NCBI GenBank assembly: GCA_027068075.1
Contig: JAMOUJ010000003.1
Coordinates: 110,506-174,505 of the forward strand
DNA: 64,000 bases
Direction of reading: 5' to 3'
Source of the DNA: Candidatus Aminicenantes bacterium
GTDB lineage: Bacteria; Acidobacteriota; Aminicenantia; S016-38
Numbering within the stretch: position 1 is the stretch's first letter; each line of letters starts with the position of its first letter. Below the pieces are notes generated by a model. That model ran no database searches and was not told where the DNA came from. It was given only the letters and a program-made list of their open reading frames with translations. The translations under genes were made by a program, and so were the position numbers. Positions 1 to 9,576 of this stretch are shown piece by piece.

Positions 1-841
1 TTACCCTCTTCAGTTCCTCCACGGTGCCGGCCCCGGCCCGGCACACCACCACATCCGCCGCAGAATAGGCGTTCTCCATATCCTCAATGTACTCCCTGAG
101 GATGTACGAAGGCTCCTCCAGAACCCCCTTTTCTTTTAAAAGATCCCTGGTTTCTTCAAAGGCCCGGTATCCCCTCCCCCCTATGCCGCAGGAGTGAAGA
201 ACCCACCACCCCTTTTTCACCAGTTCCGGCGATATCTCTGCCATGGCCATGTTTAGGTTTCGGGCCCCCCGACTTCCACCGAAGGCCAGGACGAGAACCA
301 CATCCTCGGGAATCTCCAGTTTTTTCCTGGCCTCCGCCCTGGGAAGCCTTCTTATCCTGCTACGGAGGGGATATCCGGTGTAGTAAACCCTGCCCCGGAA
401 TTTTTCCCTGGTCCCGGGGAAACTAACCGCCACCGCCGAAGCCAGCCGGGAAAGGAGTTTATTGGCCCTTCCCGGAACGAGGTTTTGCTCGTGGAGAATT
501 ATGGGGATGCCCCTGAGTTTTGCCGCCAGGACCCCGGGCACCGAGACATATCCGCCGCTGGATATAAGCACCCGGGGTTTGAACTTTCCCAGAACCCACC
601 AGGCCCTGACCACCCCCGGTATAAGTTTTAGCAGAAACTTCAAAAAACCGGGGAGATCCCTTCTGGAAGTGGGAAAGGGGGCGGCGGGAACGGCCACGAA
701 CTTCATCCCCCGGACCATTCTGGCCTCGGCCCCCCGGCGGGTTCCTATGTAGAGAAATTCCCCATTCTCCAGAGCCTCGGCTATGGCCAGAAGGGGATAA
801 ACATGACCCCCGGTTCCTCCTCCGGTCAGGGCTATCTTCAT
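1..841 (-). CDS. murG: UDP-GlcNAc:lipid I N-acetylglucosaminyltransferase MurG (3' end runs off window)
   Basis: Not in the ORF track. Manual translation from the ATG at 841 gives MKIALTGGGTGGHVYPLLAIA, followed by GGYVSVP, HEQN, TGYPLR and GGSRGA motifs. Confidence 0.95.
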   Translation of the reverse strand, partial: MKIALTGGGTGGHVYPLLAIAEALENGEFLYIGTRRGAEARMVRGMKFVAVPAAPFPTSRRDLPGFLKFLLKLIPGVVRAWWVLGKFKPRVLISSGGYVSVPGVLAAKLRGIPIILHEQNLVPGRANKLLSRLASAVAVSFPGTREKFRGRVYYTGYPLRSRIRRLPRAEARKKLEIPEDVVLVLAFGGSRGARNLNMAMAEISPELVKKGWWVLHSCGIGGRGYRAFEETRDLLKEKGVLEEPSYILREYIEDMENAYSAADVVVCRAGAGTVEELKRV

Positions 842-954
842 AACTCCTATGTTACCACCCGGAAAGAAACCTCCGCAATTTCCCTTAACTTTTAATAAAA
901 ATCAAACCGTGTTAGAATAGGAGAAAGTTTCCAGTTTAAGGAAGGAGGTTGAAA

Positions 955-2082
955 ATGCACGGTGAAATTCAGGAAATAGGCAAGGAATTTTACCTCTTGA
1001 GGAGCGATGAAAAGGATTTTCACCGAAACATTTACATAAAGAGATTCGTGGGGCCCAACGGGGACAGTTTGAACATGATAATGGACCCCGGAACTCCCCT
1101 GGACTATCCCAGCCTGAGCAAGGCCCTGAAGGAACTCATCGGGGGGGTGAAAAACATCCACATAGTCTTCCTGAGTCACCAGGACCCGGATGTTTCCTCC
1201 AACATAGGGGCGATCCTCGCCTCCGCCCCCAAGGCCCTGGTCTTCACCTCCATAGATACCTGGAGGCTGGTGAAGATGTACGGGATTCCGGAAAAGAGGT
1301 TTAAACCCATTGAGTCCTTCAAGAAGGACCTCCTTAAAGTGAAAAGGACCGGGCACTGGATCCAGTTCGTCCCGGCCAGGTATTGCCACTTCCGCGGGGC
1401 CATGATGATATACGACCACGAAAGCAGAATTCTGTTTTCCGGGGACTTCATGGCCGGTGTGAACACCAGGAAGGGTCCCGGTATCTACGCCAACGAGGAG
1501 TCCTGGGAAGGGATATCCCTTTTCCATCAGATATACATGCCATCCAAAAGGGCAATCCAGATGACCGTGGATAGAATCAACATGCTCAATCCCACCCCCA
1601 AGGTCATAGCGCCCCAGCACGGCGACATCGTGAAGGGACAACTCCTGGAGGACTTCCTCCAGAGACTGGCCTCCCTGGATGTGGGCCTGGATACCGAGGA
1701 GAACATAGAGGCGGAGAAGGAAAACCTCTATGTGGCCCTGTCCTCCTTCCTGGAAATGCTGAAGTTAACCTATCCGGATGTTCACTCCAGCCTCATGGAA
1801 CTGCTGACCTCCGCCGGAGAGTTCACCACGGCCTTCAAGATAGTGGGGGGAAGCGTCATGGAGATAAAACTCCTGCCCAAGACCGCCATAAACCACTTTT
1901 GGAAGGCCTTGAAAAAGGCCAGCAGTCCCGATCTGCACGAGGAACTGGGCGGGCTTTTTGCCAATTCCCTCAAGAGTTTCGGCATAGAACCCCCCGAAGA
2001 GACCCTGCCGGAAGGACCCGAGGAAGAGGACACCAAGGACCTTACCAGCGAACTGGTGGACCTGGACAAACTTTTCGGCTAA
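955..2082 (+). CDS. Metallo-beta-lactamase-fold di-iron protein (ODP/flavodiiron N-domain-like) with acidic C-terminal extension
   Basis: SHQDPD, YCHFRGA, LFSGD and IAPQHG motifs. No flavodoxin domain. GGAGG precedes the ATG at 955. Confidence 0.8.
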   Translation: MHGEIQEIGKEFYLLRSDEKDFHRNIYIKRFVGPNGDSLNMIMDPGTPLDYPSLSKALKELIGGVKNIHIVFLSHQDPDVSSNIGAILASAPKALVFTSIDTWRLVKMYGIPEKRFKPIESFKKDLLKVKRTGHWIQFVPARYCHFRGAMMIYDHESRILFSGDFMAGVNTRKGPGIYANEESWEGISLFHQIYMPSKRAIQMTVDRINMLNPTPKVIAPQHGDIVKGQLLEDFLQRLASLDVGLDTEENIEAEKENLYVALSSFLEMLKLTYPDVHSSLMELLTSAGEFTTAFKIVGGSVMEIKLLPKTAINHFWKALKKASSPDLHEELGGLFANSLKSFGIEPPEETLPEGPEEEDTKDLTSELVDLDKLFG

Positions 2083-2087
2083 GGGGG

Positions 2088-4481
2088 TTATTTAAGCACA
2101 ACCTCCACGGGTTTGCCGAGGCCCTGCCACGCTTCCACCAGACGGGCTCTGGGGATCTTCTCAATGAGGGCGGGAAGTTTGTAGAGGTAATCCGGAGAAA
2201 ACCCCAGATAAAGGTAATATCCCGTGTAATAGGCCCTGTTTATCTTCCTCTCCCCGTATCTTAAGACCCGGCTGGCCAGGGAAACCTTCAGGCGATGGAA
2301 ATCCTCGGGACCTATCTTTTCCGGGGAAAACCTGGAAAGGACCTCGGAGACCGCCTCCTTAACTCCGGGGAGGGCTTTTTTTCCGGTGGGGATGATTATT
2401 TCAAGACTCCCCTCGCCGTTGCTGTAGGGAACGAAGGAAGAGCCCACGGAATAGGCCAATCCCCGCCTTTCCCTCACCTCTTCCACCAGGGCATCCCTTA
2501 GAGCCCAGGCCAGAAGCATGTAAACCGGATAATCGCTCTTCCCCCACTTCAACTTCCACCCCAGGCCGTAGGCGGCGTTCTTAGGGTGAGGTGAGAACTG
2601 AGTTTTTTCGGAAAACGCCGGGGAACCCTTCCACGAACGATGGGGAAGGGAATCCAGGCAGGGCGGAAGGGAAGACCAGGAGGCCGTGTAAACGATGTTT
2701 GAAGCGGAAAAGGCCCTCGCCCTTAGTTCCTGCAGGTCGGCAAATCTGGCCCCTTCAACGAGTTTTCTGTTGCCGTAGAGGGGATAGGAAAGGGGAGGTT
2801 TAAAAAGCATGGCCCTGAGGGCCTCCCCCGCTGCCCAGGAAGGTCTGGAAGAGAGATAGCCCAATTCCCAGAGGACCTCCTCCTTTGCCTTCCGGAAAGC
2901 CTCCGGGGAAAGGGGAGTCTGAAGGATGCGGCAGACCAGTTTTTCAAGGGCTCCGGAGGAATAACCCTCCAGCCTGACATAGGCGTAATCCTTGCTCAGG
3001 TAAAAATCGTCAAAGGGGAAAAAGGGATAATCCGTAAACTGGGCGCTCACCCCTGCCCTCTCCAGTTCCCCCTCCAGTTCCTTCTCCAGGGTCTTCATAA
3101 GGAGGTGAACCTGGCCCGGAAAATCCTCCACCCAGGCCCTACGGCCCACCAGGATGTGGGCAGCGTAAATTCTGCCACGGCCCTGAAACAGGGCGTACCT
3201 CAATCCGTTGGGGAGCCGGGAGGAATTAACCCGGGGGGAAATCGCCTTGAATACCTCCCTCCGGAATTGGGGACCCTGAAGCAGGCCGTAGTACTTACCG
3301 CTTTTTTCAACCTTTACCCGGGCGGAATCCACGGCCTTTACATCGGCCGTATTCACCTCATCTACGAAGGAGGAATACCTTCCGGGGCAGAGGACTTCCC
3401 ATCCCGCCACCTCCCGGGCCAGGTGGATTTTCTTTTCCAGAACCATTATTCTGGATGAGAGAAACCACTTCCTGGCCACCTCCACTTCCGGGGAAGATAC
3501 GGGTTCAGAAAGGATGCGCTTGAGGGCCTCTTCCACATTCCTTCCCTCGGTCTTCCCCCGGATCAAAGAGGAAAGGTGAATAAAGCCGAAGTTTCTGTGT
3601 TTTTCGTACTCGCCGGAAACGCGGGGCAGGGAAATCTCCTTCATGAGCCTCCTGGCCAGAATCCGGGCCAGAAGTTCGTAACGGCCCGACCCTTTCTGAC
3701 AGGGAGAGGGAGCCTCCAGGGCCAAATCAAGCCTGCTCACCCTGGACTGAACCGCATCCATCCCTCCCCACCGGGGATGGACCTCCACCGCCGGAGTATC
3801 CGTTCCCTGGCGGGGAAAGGAGAATATCCTCTCCAGTTCCGGTCTTATGGCCTCAAAGGAAAAATCCCCCAGAATGACCACCTTCATCCTGGAGGGGGCG
3901 TAATACCTCCTCCAGAAATCCATAACCCTTTCCCTGGTGAGGTTCTTTATCACCTCGGGATAGCCCAGAACCGGCTCCGCATAGGGACTTGCCTCCAGAA
4001 ACCTCCGGTAGAATTCGTAGGAGGAGCCGGCCACGGGATTGGCGTAATCCTTAATTATTTCCTGATAAACCACCCCCTTTTCCTTTTCAAACTCCTTCTC
4101 CGGGAAGGAACTCAAAAACAGCATCTCGGAGATGAGGCGAAAGGATGGAAGGAGGGCGGAGGGAGGAGAAACGAATTCAAAGACCACATAATCCTTGCGG
4201 GTGAAGGCGTTGTAATAGGTGCCCAGGTCCGCAAAGGCCTTCTCCAGCGAATCCCTGTCCCGGCGGAAGGTGCCGTCAAAGAGCATGTGCTCAAGGAAAT
4301 GGCTCAGTCCCCTCTCGGCCGGGGCCTCGTAGGAAGAGCCCGCCTCCACGGCTATGGCCACAGAAACCAGGGGATAGGACCTGTCCTGTTGATATATGAC
4401 CCGGGTGCCGCTTTTAAGGGTGACCCGTTGAAAGGCCAGAAGTGAAAAACCTAAAAGGCTCAAAACCAGAATCTTTCTCAT
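2088..4481 (-). CDS. Exported M16 (pitrilysin-family) zinc peptidase
   Basis: Signal peptide, HFLEH (HxxEH), NAFT, and C-terminal VRERRGLAY. Confidence 0.92.
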   Translation of the reverse strand: MRKILVLSLLGFSLLAFQRVTLKSGTRVIYQQDRSYPLVSVAIAVEAGSSYEAPAERGLSHFLEHMLFDGTFRRDRDSLEKAFADLGTYYNAFTRKDYVVFEFVSPPSALLPSFRLISEMLFLSSFPEKEFEKEKGVVYQEIIKDYANPVAGSSYEFYRRFLEASPYAEPVLGYPEVIKNLTRERVMDFWRRYYAPSRMKVVILGDFSFEAIRPELERIFSFPRQGTDTPAVEVHPRWGGMDAVQSRVSRLDLALEAPSPCQKGSGRYELLARILARRLMKEISLPRVSGEYEKHRNFGFIHLSSLIRGKTEGRNVEEALKRILSEPVSSPEVEVARKWFLSSRIMVLEKKIHLAREVAGWEVLCPGRYSSFVDEVNTADVKAVDSARVKVEKSGKYYGLLQGPQFRREVFKAISPRVNSSRLPNGLRYALFQGRGRIYAAHILVGRRAWVEDFPGQVHLLMKTLEKELEGELERAGVSAQFTDYPFFPFDDFYLSKDYAYVRLEGYSSGALEKLVCRILQTPLSPEAFRKAKEEVLWELGYLSSRPSWAAGEALRAMLFKPPLSYPLYGNRKLVEGARFADLQELRARAFSASNIVYTASWSSLPPCLDSLPHRSWKGSPAFSEKTQFSPHPKNAAYGLGWKLKWGKSDYPVYMLLAWALRDALVEEVRERRGLAYSVGSSFVPYSNGEGSLEIIIPTGKKALPGVKEAVSEVLSRFSPEKIGPEDFHRLKVSLASRVLRYGERKINRAYYTGYYLYLGFSPDYLYKLPALIEKIPRARLVEAWQGLGKPVEVVLK

Positions 4482-4548
4482 GGGGAAATTCTATAAAACC
4501 CCGGGAATGAAATAAAATTTTTCGCTTTAAAATTCGGGGGAAAGGCGA

Positions 4549-5667
4549 TCAGCCTCCGGACCCTTCTATGAGGGATACCAGGGTTTCAAACCTCCTCTCC
4601 CAGGAGTTCTCCCGGGCCACCCGCATCCTGGACTTCACCTTCTCCTCCGTTTCCCACTCCGGAAGATTGAGCACCACTTCCCTCATCTGCCCGGGGGTGC
4701 TGGCCGGATAAACCAGGTCCAGGTAGTCCCGGATGTTCTCCTCAATGCCCGAAACTATCAGGGGCTTTCCCGTGGCCAGGGACTCAAAAAACTTGGCGGG
4801 GATAATTCCCCGGGTAAACTCGTCCCTCCTGTAAGGGAGGAGCAAGGCGTGGCAATCTTTAAGAATAAGTGGAAGTTCGCCGTAAGCCACGGGCCCATGA
4901 AATACGATGTTTCGGGGAACATTCGGGGGAACCTCCATTAAAAGAGGCCCTATAAATACGAATTCTCTTTGCGGGAGCATCTCCGCCGTCTTTAATATCA
5001 GTTCCAGGTCTATTTCCCATCTTACCCCCCCGAAAAAGCATAGGCGCTTTACCTCCCGGATGGGACCGGAATAAGCCCGGGCGAAATGCTTAAAATCCAC
5101 CCCCGGAGGTAGACGATATACGGCGGAGGTTTTCTCCTTCATTTTCCTATACAGGTATTGGGAATCGGTAACCACGAAGTCGCTTCTTCTTACGAGTTCT
5201 TCCTCCGTTTCCCCTATGTCCGAAGGAGCCCCTGGAAAAGCCTCAAAATTAACCACGCAATCGTAGATGAGAAGGCGATGGGGAAGAGAATCCAGAAGGG
5301 CCAGTGTGGTGTCCGTGGGGGAATAGGCGATTATAACCGGGCTCTGGAGACCCAGGGAAGAAATTTTCTTCACCAGGCGGGGAACGAAAACCCTTCTGTT
5401 TATCCGGCGGAATAGTCTGTAGGTGGGAGGAAGAACCAGGGGATTTACTACGGACAATCCCCGGGGCCTGGGGTTCTTGATTCTTTTCACGCCCACATAC
5501 CTCCTCAAAATTACCTTCCCAAGACCCTTGAGGTTGGGATTGGCTATGCCCGTGCTCTCCACATAGACGGTTTTCCATCCCGCCCGGTAGAAAAGGGTGG
5601 CGAAAATTTGATGTCTCTGCCACAGAAAATCCCATTGGATGGAACTGAGAAAGATTATTTCCTTCAT
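4549..5667 (-). CDS. GT-B glycosyltransferase (TuaH-like), paralog 2
   Basis: WDFLWQRHQ, YDC and PAKFFESLATGKP motifs. Start moved to MKEIIFL to match its paralog. Confidence 0.88.
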   Translation of the reverse strand: MKEIIFLSSIQWDFLWQRHQIFATLFYRAGWKTVYVESTGIANPNLKGLGKVILRRYVGVKRIKNPRPRGLSVVNPLVLPPTYRLFRRINRRVFVPRLVKKISSLGLQSPVIIAYSPTDTTLALLDSLPHRLLIYDCVVNFEAFPGAPSDIGETEEELVRRSDFVVTDSQYLYRKMKEKTSAVYRLPPGVDFKHFARAYSGPIREVKRLCFFGGVRWEIDLELILKTAEMLPQREFVFIGPLLMEVPPNVPRNIVFHGPVAYGELPLILKDCHALLLPYRRDEFTRGIIPAKFFESLATGKPLIVSGIEENIRDYLDLVYPASTPGQMREVVLNLPEWETEEKVKSRMRVARENSWERRFETLVSLIEGSGG

Positions 5668-5861
5668 AAACAATCCGGACGGCGGAATTTGTATTCTATC
5701 CCCTCCAGAGCCCATTGTTGCTCCAGGGAATTCCGGCCCCTGTGGAAAATCCCGTTAAAGGACAGAGACTCAGGAAAAGGTCTCACTTCCCCTATCCGAA
5801 CTTCACGGTAGTAAACCGCTCTATCCAACTCCACGGGGGATAAGGCCAAAAATTCTTTCAC
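5664..5861 (-). CDS. Small 65-aa ORF at the duplication junction (possible chimeric relic or leader ORF)
   Basis: GTG lies 7 nt after a TAGAAT box. The stop overlaps the next start (ATGA). No recognisable domain. Confidence 0.35.
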   Translation of the reverse strand: MKEFLALSPVELDRAVYYREVRIGEVRPFPESLSFNGIFHRGRNSLEQQWALEGIEYKFRRPDCL

Positions 5862-5904
5862 GGGAAAAATTCTATAAAACCCCCGGAGGGAAACAAAATT
5901 TTTT

Positions 5905-7059
5905 TCAGGAACGGGCTCCATGGGGCAAAGGGGAAAAATTGCTACCTTCGGCCCTTTCTATGAGGGATACCAGGGTTTCAAACCTCCTCTCCCAGGAGTT
6001 CTCCTCCGCCACCCGCATCCTGGCTTTAACCTTTTCCTCCGTCTCCAGTTCCGGAATCCTCTTTACAACTTCCTTTATCCGCCCGGGGGTGCTGGCCGGA
6101 TAAACCAGGTCCAGGTAGTCCCGAATGTTCTCCTCAATGCCCGAAACTATCAGGGGCTTTCCCGTGGCCAGGGACTCAAAAAACTTGGCGGGAAAAACCC
6201 CTTCAATTAAATCGCTTTTTTTGTAGGGAATAACGAGGGCATCGCAATCTCTGAGGAAATCAACCAATTTTTCCGGTGCCATGGGCGGAAAGAATCTAAC
6301 ATTATCAGGGGGAGAAGGGGGCTTCACCTTTAAAAGGCCCACCAGGTAAAACTTAACCTCCGGAAGGAGAGAGGCTGCCCCCCAGAGAAGTTCAAAATCC
6401 ATCCTCTGGCTCACGGTGCCGTAGAAGCACAGGCTTCGGACCTCCCTAACCACCCCGGTAAAGGCCTTGGAAAAAAGCGCGTAATCCACTCCGTTGTAGA
6501 AGGGATAGGTTTTATCGGGAAAACTTTGACGGAGCCTCTCGTATAGAAAGGGGGAACTGGCGGTTATGATGTGAGATCTGGAGGCCAATTCCTCTTCCCA
6601 CCGGGGGATTTCCTTAGCCGCCCGGGGAAAGGCCTCGTATTTATCCGAGCAATCGTAAACCAGGAGGCGGTGTGGAACCTCGTCAATTATCCTCAGGGTG
6701 GTCTCCGTGGGGAGATTCGCCACGATCACCGGACGGGAGAGACCGATGGACCTCAAGTTTGCCACCACCCTGGGGATGAAAATCTTGCGGTTCACCAGGC
6801 GGAACAACTTAAAGGTAGGGGGAAGGATCAATGGGTCTATTATGTCCAGGCCCCGAGGCCTTGGATTCTTCAACCTCTCTATCCCCGCAAACCTCCTGAG
6901 GGCTATTCTAAAGACATCCTTCAGCGTGGGATTGGCTATGCCCGTGCTTTCAAGGTATACGGTCCTCCATCCGGCCCGGTGAAAAAGGAAGGCAAGAATT
7001 TGCGAACGCTGCCAGAGAAAATCCCAGTGGACGGGTCCCAGAAAGAGGATCTCCTTCAT
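5905..7059 (-). CDS. GT-B glycosyltransferase (TuaH-like), paralog 1
   Basis: WDFLWQR, YDCSD and PAKFFESLATGKP motifs. ATGA overlap with the upstream gene. Confidence 0.9.
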   Translation of the reverse strand: MKEILFLGPVHWDFLWQRSQILAFLFHRAGWRTVYLESTGIANPTLKDVFRIALRRFAGIERLKNPRPRGLDIIDPLILPPTFKLFRLVNRKIFIPRVVANLRSIGLSRPVIVANLPTETTLRIIDEVPHRLLVYDCSDKYEAFPRAAKEIPRWEEELASRSHIITASSPFLYERLRQSFPDKTYPFYNGVDYALFSKAFTGVVREVRSLCFYGTVSQRMDFELLWGAASLLPEVKFYLVGLLKVKPPSPPDNVRFFPPMAPEKLVDFLRDCDALVIPYKKSDLIEGVFPAKFFESLATGKPLIVSGIEENIRDYLDLVYPASTPGRIKEVVKRIPELETEEKVKARMRVAEENSWERRFETLVSLIERAEGSNFSPLPHGARS

Positions 7060-8651
7060 AGGTATCCGAGGTCGTGTAGTCTTTCCTCCATGGCTCCTTC
7101 TTCATCGTAGGTTTTGCCCGGCTCCCTGTGGGGATCCATTTCAACCCTTCTTTCCTCCCGGGAGGCGGAAAATTTCTCCTCAAAGGCTTCCTTTACGACC
7201 CTTCCCTCAGCGTAGGCGGGAATGTCCAGGCCCATGTACCAGAGAACCGTGGGAAGAAGGTCCTTTATTTCTGCGTTTACCCGATTCCCCTCCCTTACCC
7301 CTTCTCCGCTTAAAATCCATATCCCATCTATACGGTGGCCCCCGGTGTGATCCGTCCTTAGCCGGTGCTTGATGTACACCCTTCTGGGATCCGCAAGAAG
7401 GGAGCAGGTGAAGGTGTAGCCATCCTCCGGAACCACCACCAGGTCCGGAACCGAAGGAACCCGGGTTTCCCCGTAAACCTCCTCCCTGGTAAGAACCCTA
7501 TCAATCCCCCTTTCCTCCTCCAGTCCCCCTTTAATCTCCTCCCGAAGCCTGTGGTAATCCCCCTCCTCCACAATGCCTCGGGGCTGGCGACCCTTCAGGT
7601 TTATGAATATGTTTCCGTAAACCCACCCGTTTATGGAAAAGGCCACGGAAGAGGAAAAATCTATGTTGTTTACCTGGAGGGAGGATATCATTTTTTCCCG
7701 GGTTTTTCCCTGTAAAAACCAGCGGTTAAGGTTAAAAACATCCATCCTCCGGACGAACTTGAGGGCCTCCCACATGAGCCTCCTGGGAAGGCTCTGAACC
7801 CTGGGCTTCAGCCATCCTTTCTTGAGAAGAAGGGAATTCAGCATTATGGTGGTGTGGATGCCGGTAAAACCGTGGTCCGAAAGAAAAACCTTCAGGGACA
7901 CTCCCCTCTCTTCCGCCGTCTCCACCACCCGGCCTATGGCCCTGTCCAGTTCCCTGTAGACCTCCAGCACCTTGTCCCGGCAGGACGGATCGTGATAGGG
8001 ATGGGAGGGGTCAAGGCAGTGATAGGCGAAGTGCTGGATGGTATCCGAGGAGAAAAAATGGACCATGGCCAGATCCCATTCTTTTGTGGAGAAGAGGTAA
8101 GAGGCCACCTCCGCCCTTTCCTTCACGGTCTCCTTGAGTTCATCCACGAAGCGGTCAAGGCCGTGAAGGAGGAAAACCTTGCCCGTGGTGAGGATTCTGT
8201 AGCCTCCGAATTCCTCCAGAATCTCCTCCCTCAGCGATGGGGGATAGGTAAAGCGGGTGGTATCCGGGGTCAGCATTCCCGTGATCATGTAACCCCGCAC
8301 CGGGAAGGGGGGATAAGTCAGAGGAACATTTATGCTGATGACCCGGAGGCCCATGTCGCTGAGAAGTTCCCATACGGTTTTATACTTTATGGAGGTGTTG
8401 TTGACTATGTAGGTGCCGTATTTCCCATCGTAATTGTTAAATTCTATGATCCCGTGGGTTCCGGGACCCACTCCGGTCATGAAGGTGGTCCAGGCGGTGG
8501 GAGTTAGGGGGGGTATCGTGGAATCCAGAACTCCCCATGTTCCCCCCTCCACCAGGGACCTGAGGTTCGGCATTACCCCCTCCTCCATGAGGGGTTTCAA
8601 AATGCTCCAGGTCCCCCCGTCTATCCCCACCATCAAAACTTTACTGCTCAT
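7056..8651 (-). CDS. Alkaline-phosphatase-superfamily protein (nucleotide pyrophosphatase/phosphodiesterase type)
   Basis: GIDGG, STIPPLTPTAWTT, SDHGF, TGGH, and C-terminal LHDLGYL. Confidence 0.88.
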   Translation of the reverse strand: MSSKVLMVGIDGGTWSILKPLMEEGVMPNLRSLVEGGTWGVLDSTIPPLTPTAWTTFMTGVGPGTHGIIEFNNYDGKYGTYIVNNTSIKYKTVWELLSDMGLRVISINVPLTYPPFPVRGYMITGMLTPDTTRFTYPPSLREEILEEFGGYRILTTGKVFLLHGLDRFVDELKETVKERAEVASYLFSTKEWDLAMVHFFSSDTIQHFAYHCLDPSHPYHDPSCRDKVLEVYRELDRAIGRVVETAEERGVSLKVFLSDHGFTGIHTTIMLNSLLLKKGWLKPRVQSLPRRLMWEALKFVRRMDVFNLNRWFLQGKTREKMISSLQVNNIDFSSSVAFSINGWVYGNIFINLKGRQPRGIVEEGDYHRLREEIKGGLEEERGIDRVLTREEVYGETRVPSVPDLVVVPEDGYTFTCSLLADPRRVYIKHRLRTDHTGGHRIDGIWILSGEGVREGNRVNAEIKDLLPTVLWYMGLDIPAYAEGRVVKEAFEEKFSASREERRVEMDPHREPGKTYDEEGAMEERLHDLGYL

Positions 8652-9576
8652 CCTTGACCCCCTTTAGCAGTCCCAGCAACAGAACCAGGAAAATCCCGCC
8701 GAAGAACCCACCGCCAGCCCAACTGAAAACTTTAAAGGGGGAAGCGGAGGGCAATTCCTCCCACTTCTGGTTAACGAAGAGGGTATCCAGCGCAGTGCAG
8801 ACGGAGACCCTGTAGGCTTCCAGATAAGGATCCCCATCCATCCATTTCTTTCCCTCCCCCCGGCAGAAGGTCTCCCCCAGTTCCTCGTCCTCCATCTCCA
8901 CCATCTCCTTGACCTTCTCTATCCTCCTACGGTCCTCCTCTATAAAATCCCGGGTTATCCTGTTGGTGGATTCCCTGTTGGCAATCCTGTATTTAAAGAC
9001 ATATACCTGGGCTTCGGGAGGCAGAACATCCACCTGACGGAGGCGAAAAGACTCCCTGGAATACTGGTTGGGATAGTATTTTTTGCTCTCCTCCGCCAGC
9101 CTTACCCGTTCTTTAAAAAAGATTATTTTCTTCTGGTTGGCGAGGATTCTTCTCAGGGCGGCACTTATGGCATCCGCCCTCATGGCCGCAAACCGGGAAA
9201 GTTGGAACTTAACGAACATGCCCTTGAGTATTCTGATGTCCTGAAGTATTTTTTCCTTCTCCCCGGTGAGTCTGAGGGAAGCGATCCTCTCCCCTATCCT
9301 GATCCAACTCACATTTACATCCTTTAAAAAGGGCCTAACATTTTGATAGAAAAACCTGCCCTGGAAAAAATAATTCTTCGGCCCCTCCTCCTGGGATGAG
9401 AAATTGCTCTCCAGAAAGGACACATTTCCCACGGAGGTCAGATAAAATCTATAAATGGGTCTGGAGGACTTGTAGGCCACCACGCCCAGAACTGCACCCA
9501 GAAGGGTAAGTGCGAAAATTAAATACTTACCTCTCCTCAGGATCCTCCAGATCCTGGAAATCTCAATTGCCTCCAT
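8641..9576 (-). CDS. Wzz-like polysaccharide chain-length/co-polymerase protein
   Basis: N- and C-terminal TM helices, a central helical region, a Pro/Gly-rich C-terminal TM segment, and gene context. Confidence 0.6.
   Translation of the reverse strand: MEAIEISRIWRILRRGKYLIFALTLLGAVLGVVAYKSSRPIYRFYLTSVGNVSFLESNFSSQEEGPKNYFFQGRFFYQNVRPFLKDVNVSWIRIGERIASLRLTGEKEKILQDIRILKGMFVKFQLSRFAAMRADAISAALRRILANQKKIIFFKERVRLAEESKKYYPNQYSRESFRLRQVDVLPPEAQVYVFKYRIANRESTNRITRDFIEEDRRRIEKVKEMVEMEDEELGETFCRGEGKKWMDGDPYLEAYRVSVCTALDTLFVNQKWEELPSASPFKVFSWAGGGFFGGIFLVLLLGLLKGVKDEQ

Larger units (their letters stand above)
4481..7140. repeat. Diverged tandem duplication, period ~1.39 kb
   Basis: 4564-4612 is identical to 5956-6004. 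4689-4800 matches 6081-6192 with one mismatch. Both are at offset 1392. The flanking non-coding motif aaattctataaaacccc is also duplicated (~4486 and ~5867). Confidence 0.9.

Noticed and set aside
1140-1147. Homopolymer G tract as a phase-variation site
   Set aside because: The tract is short and in frame (Gly-Gly-Val), and G/C runs are common throughout this sequence.
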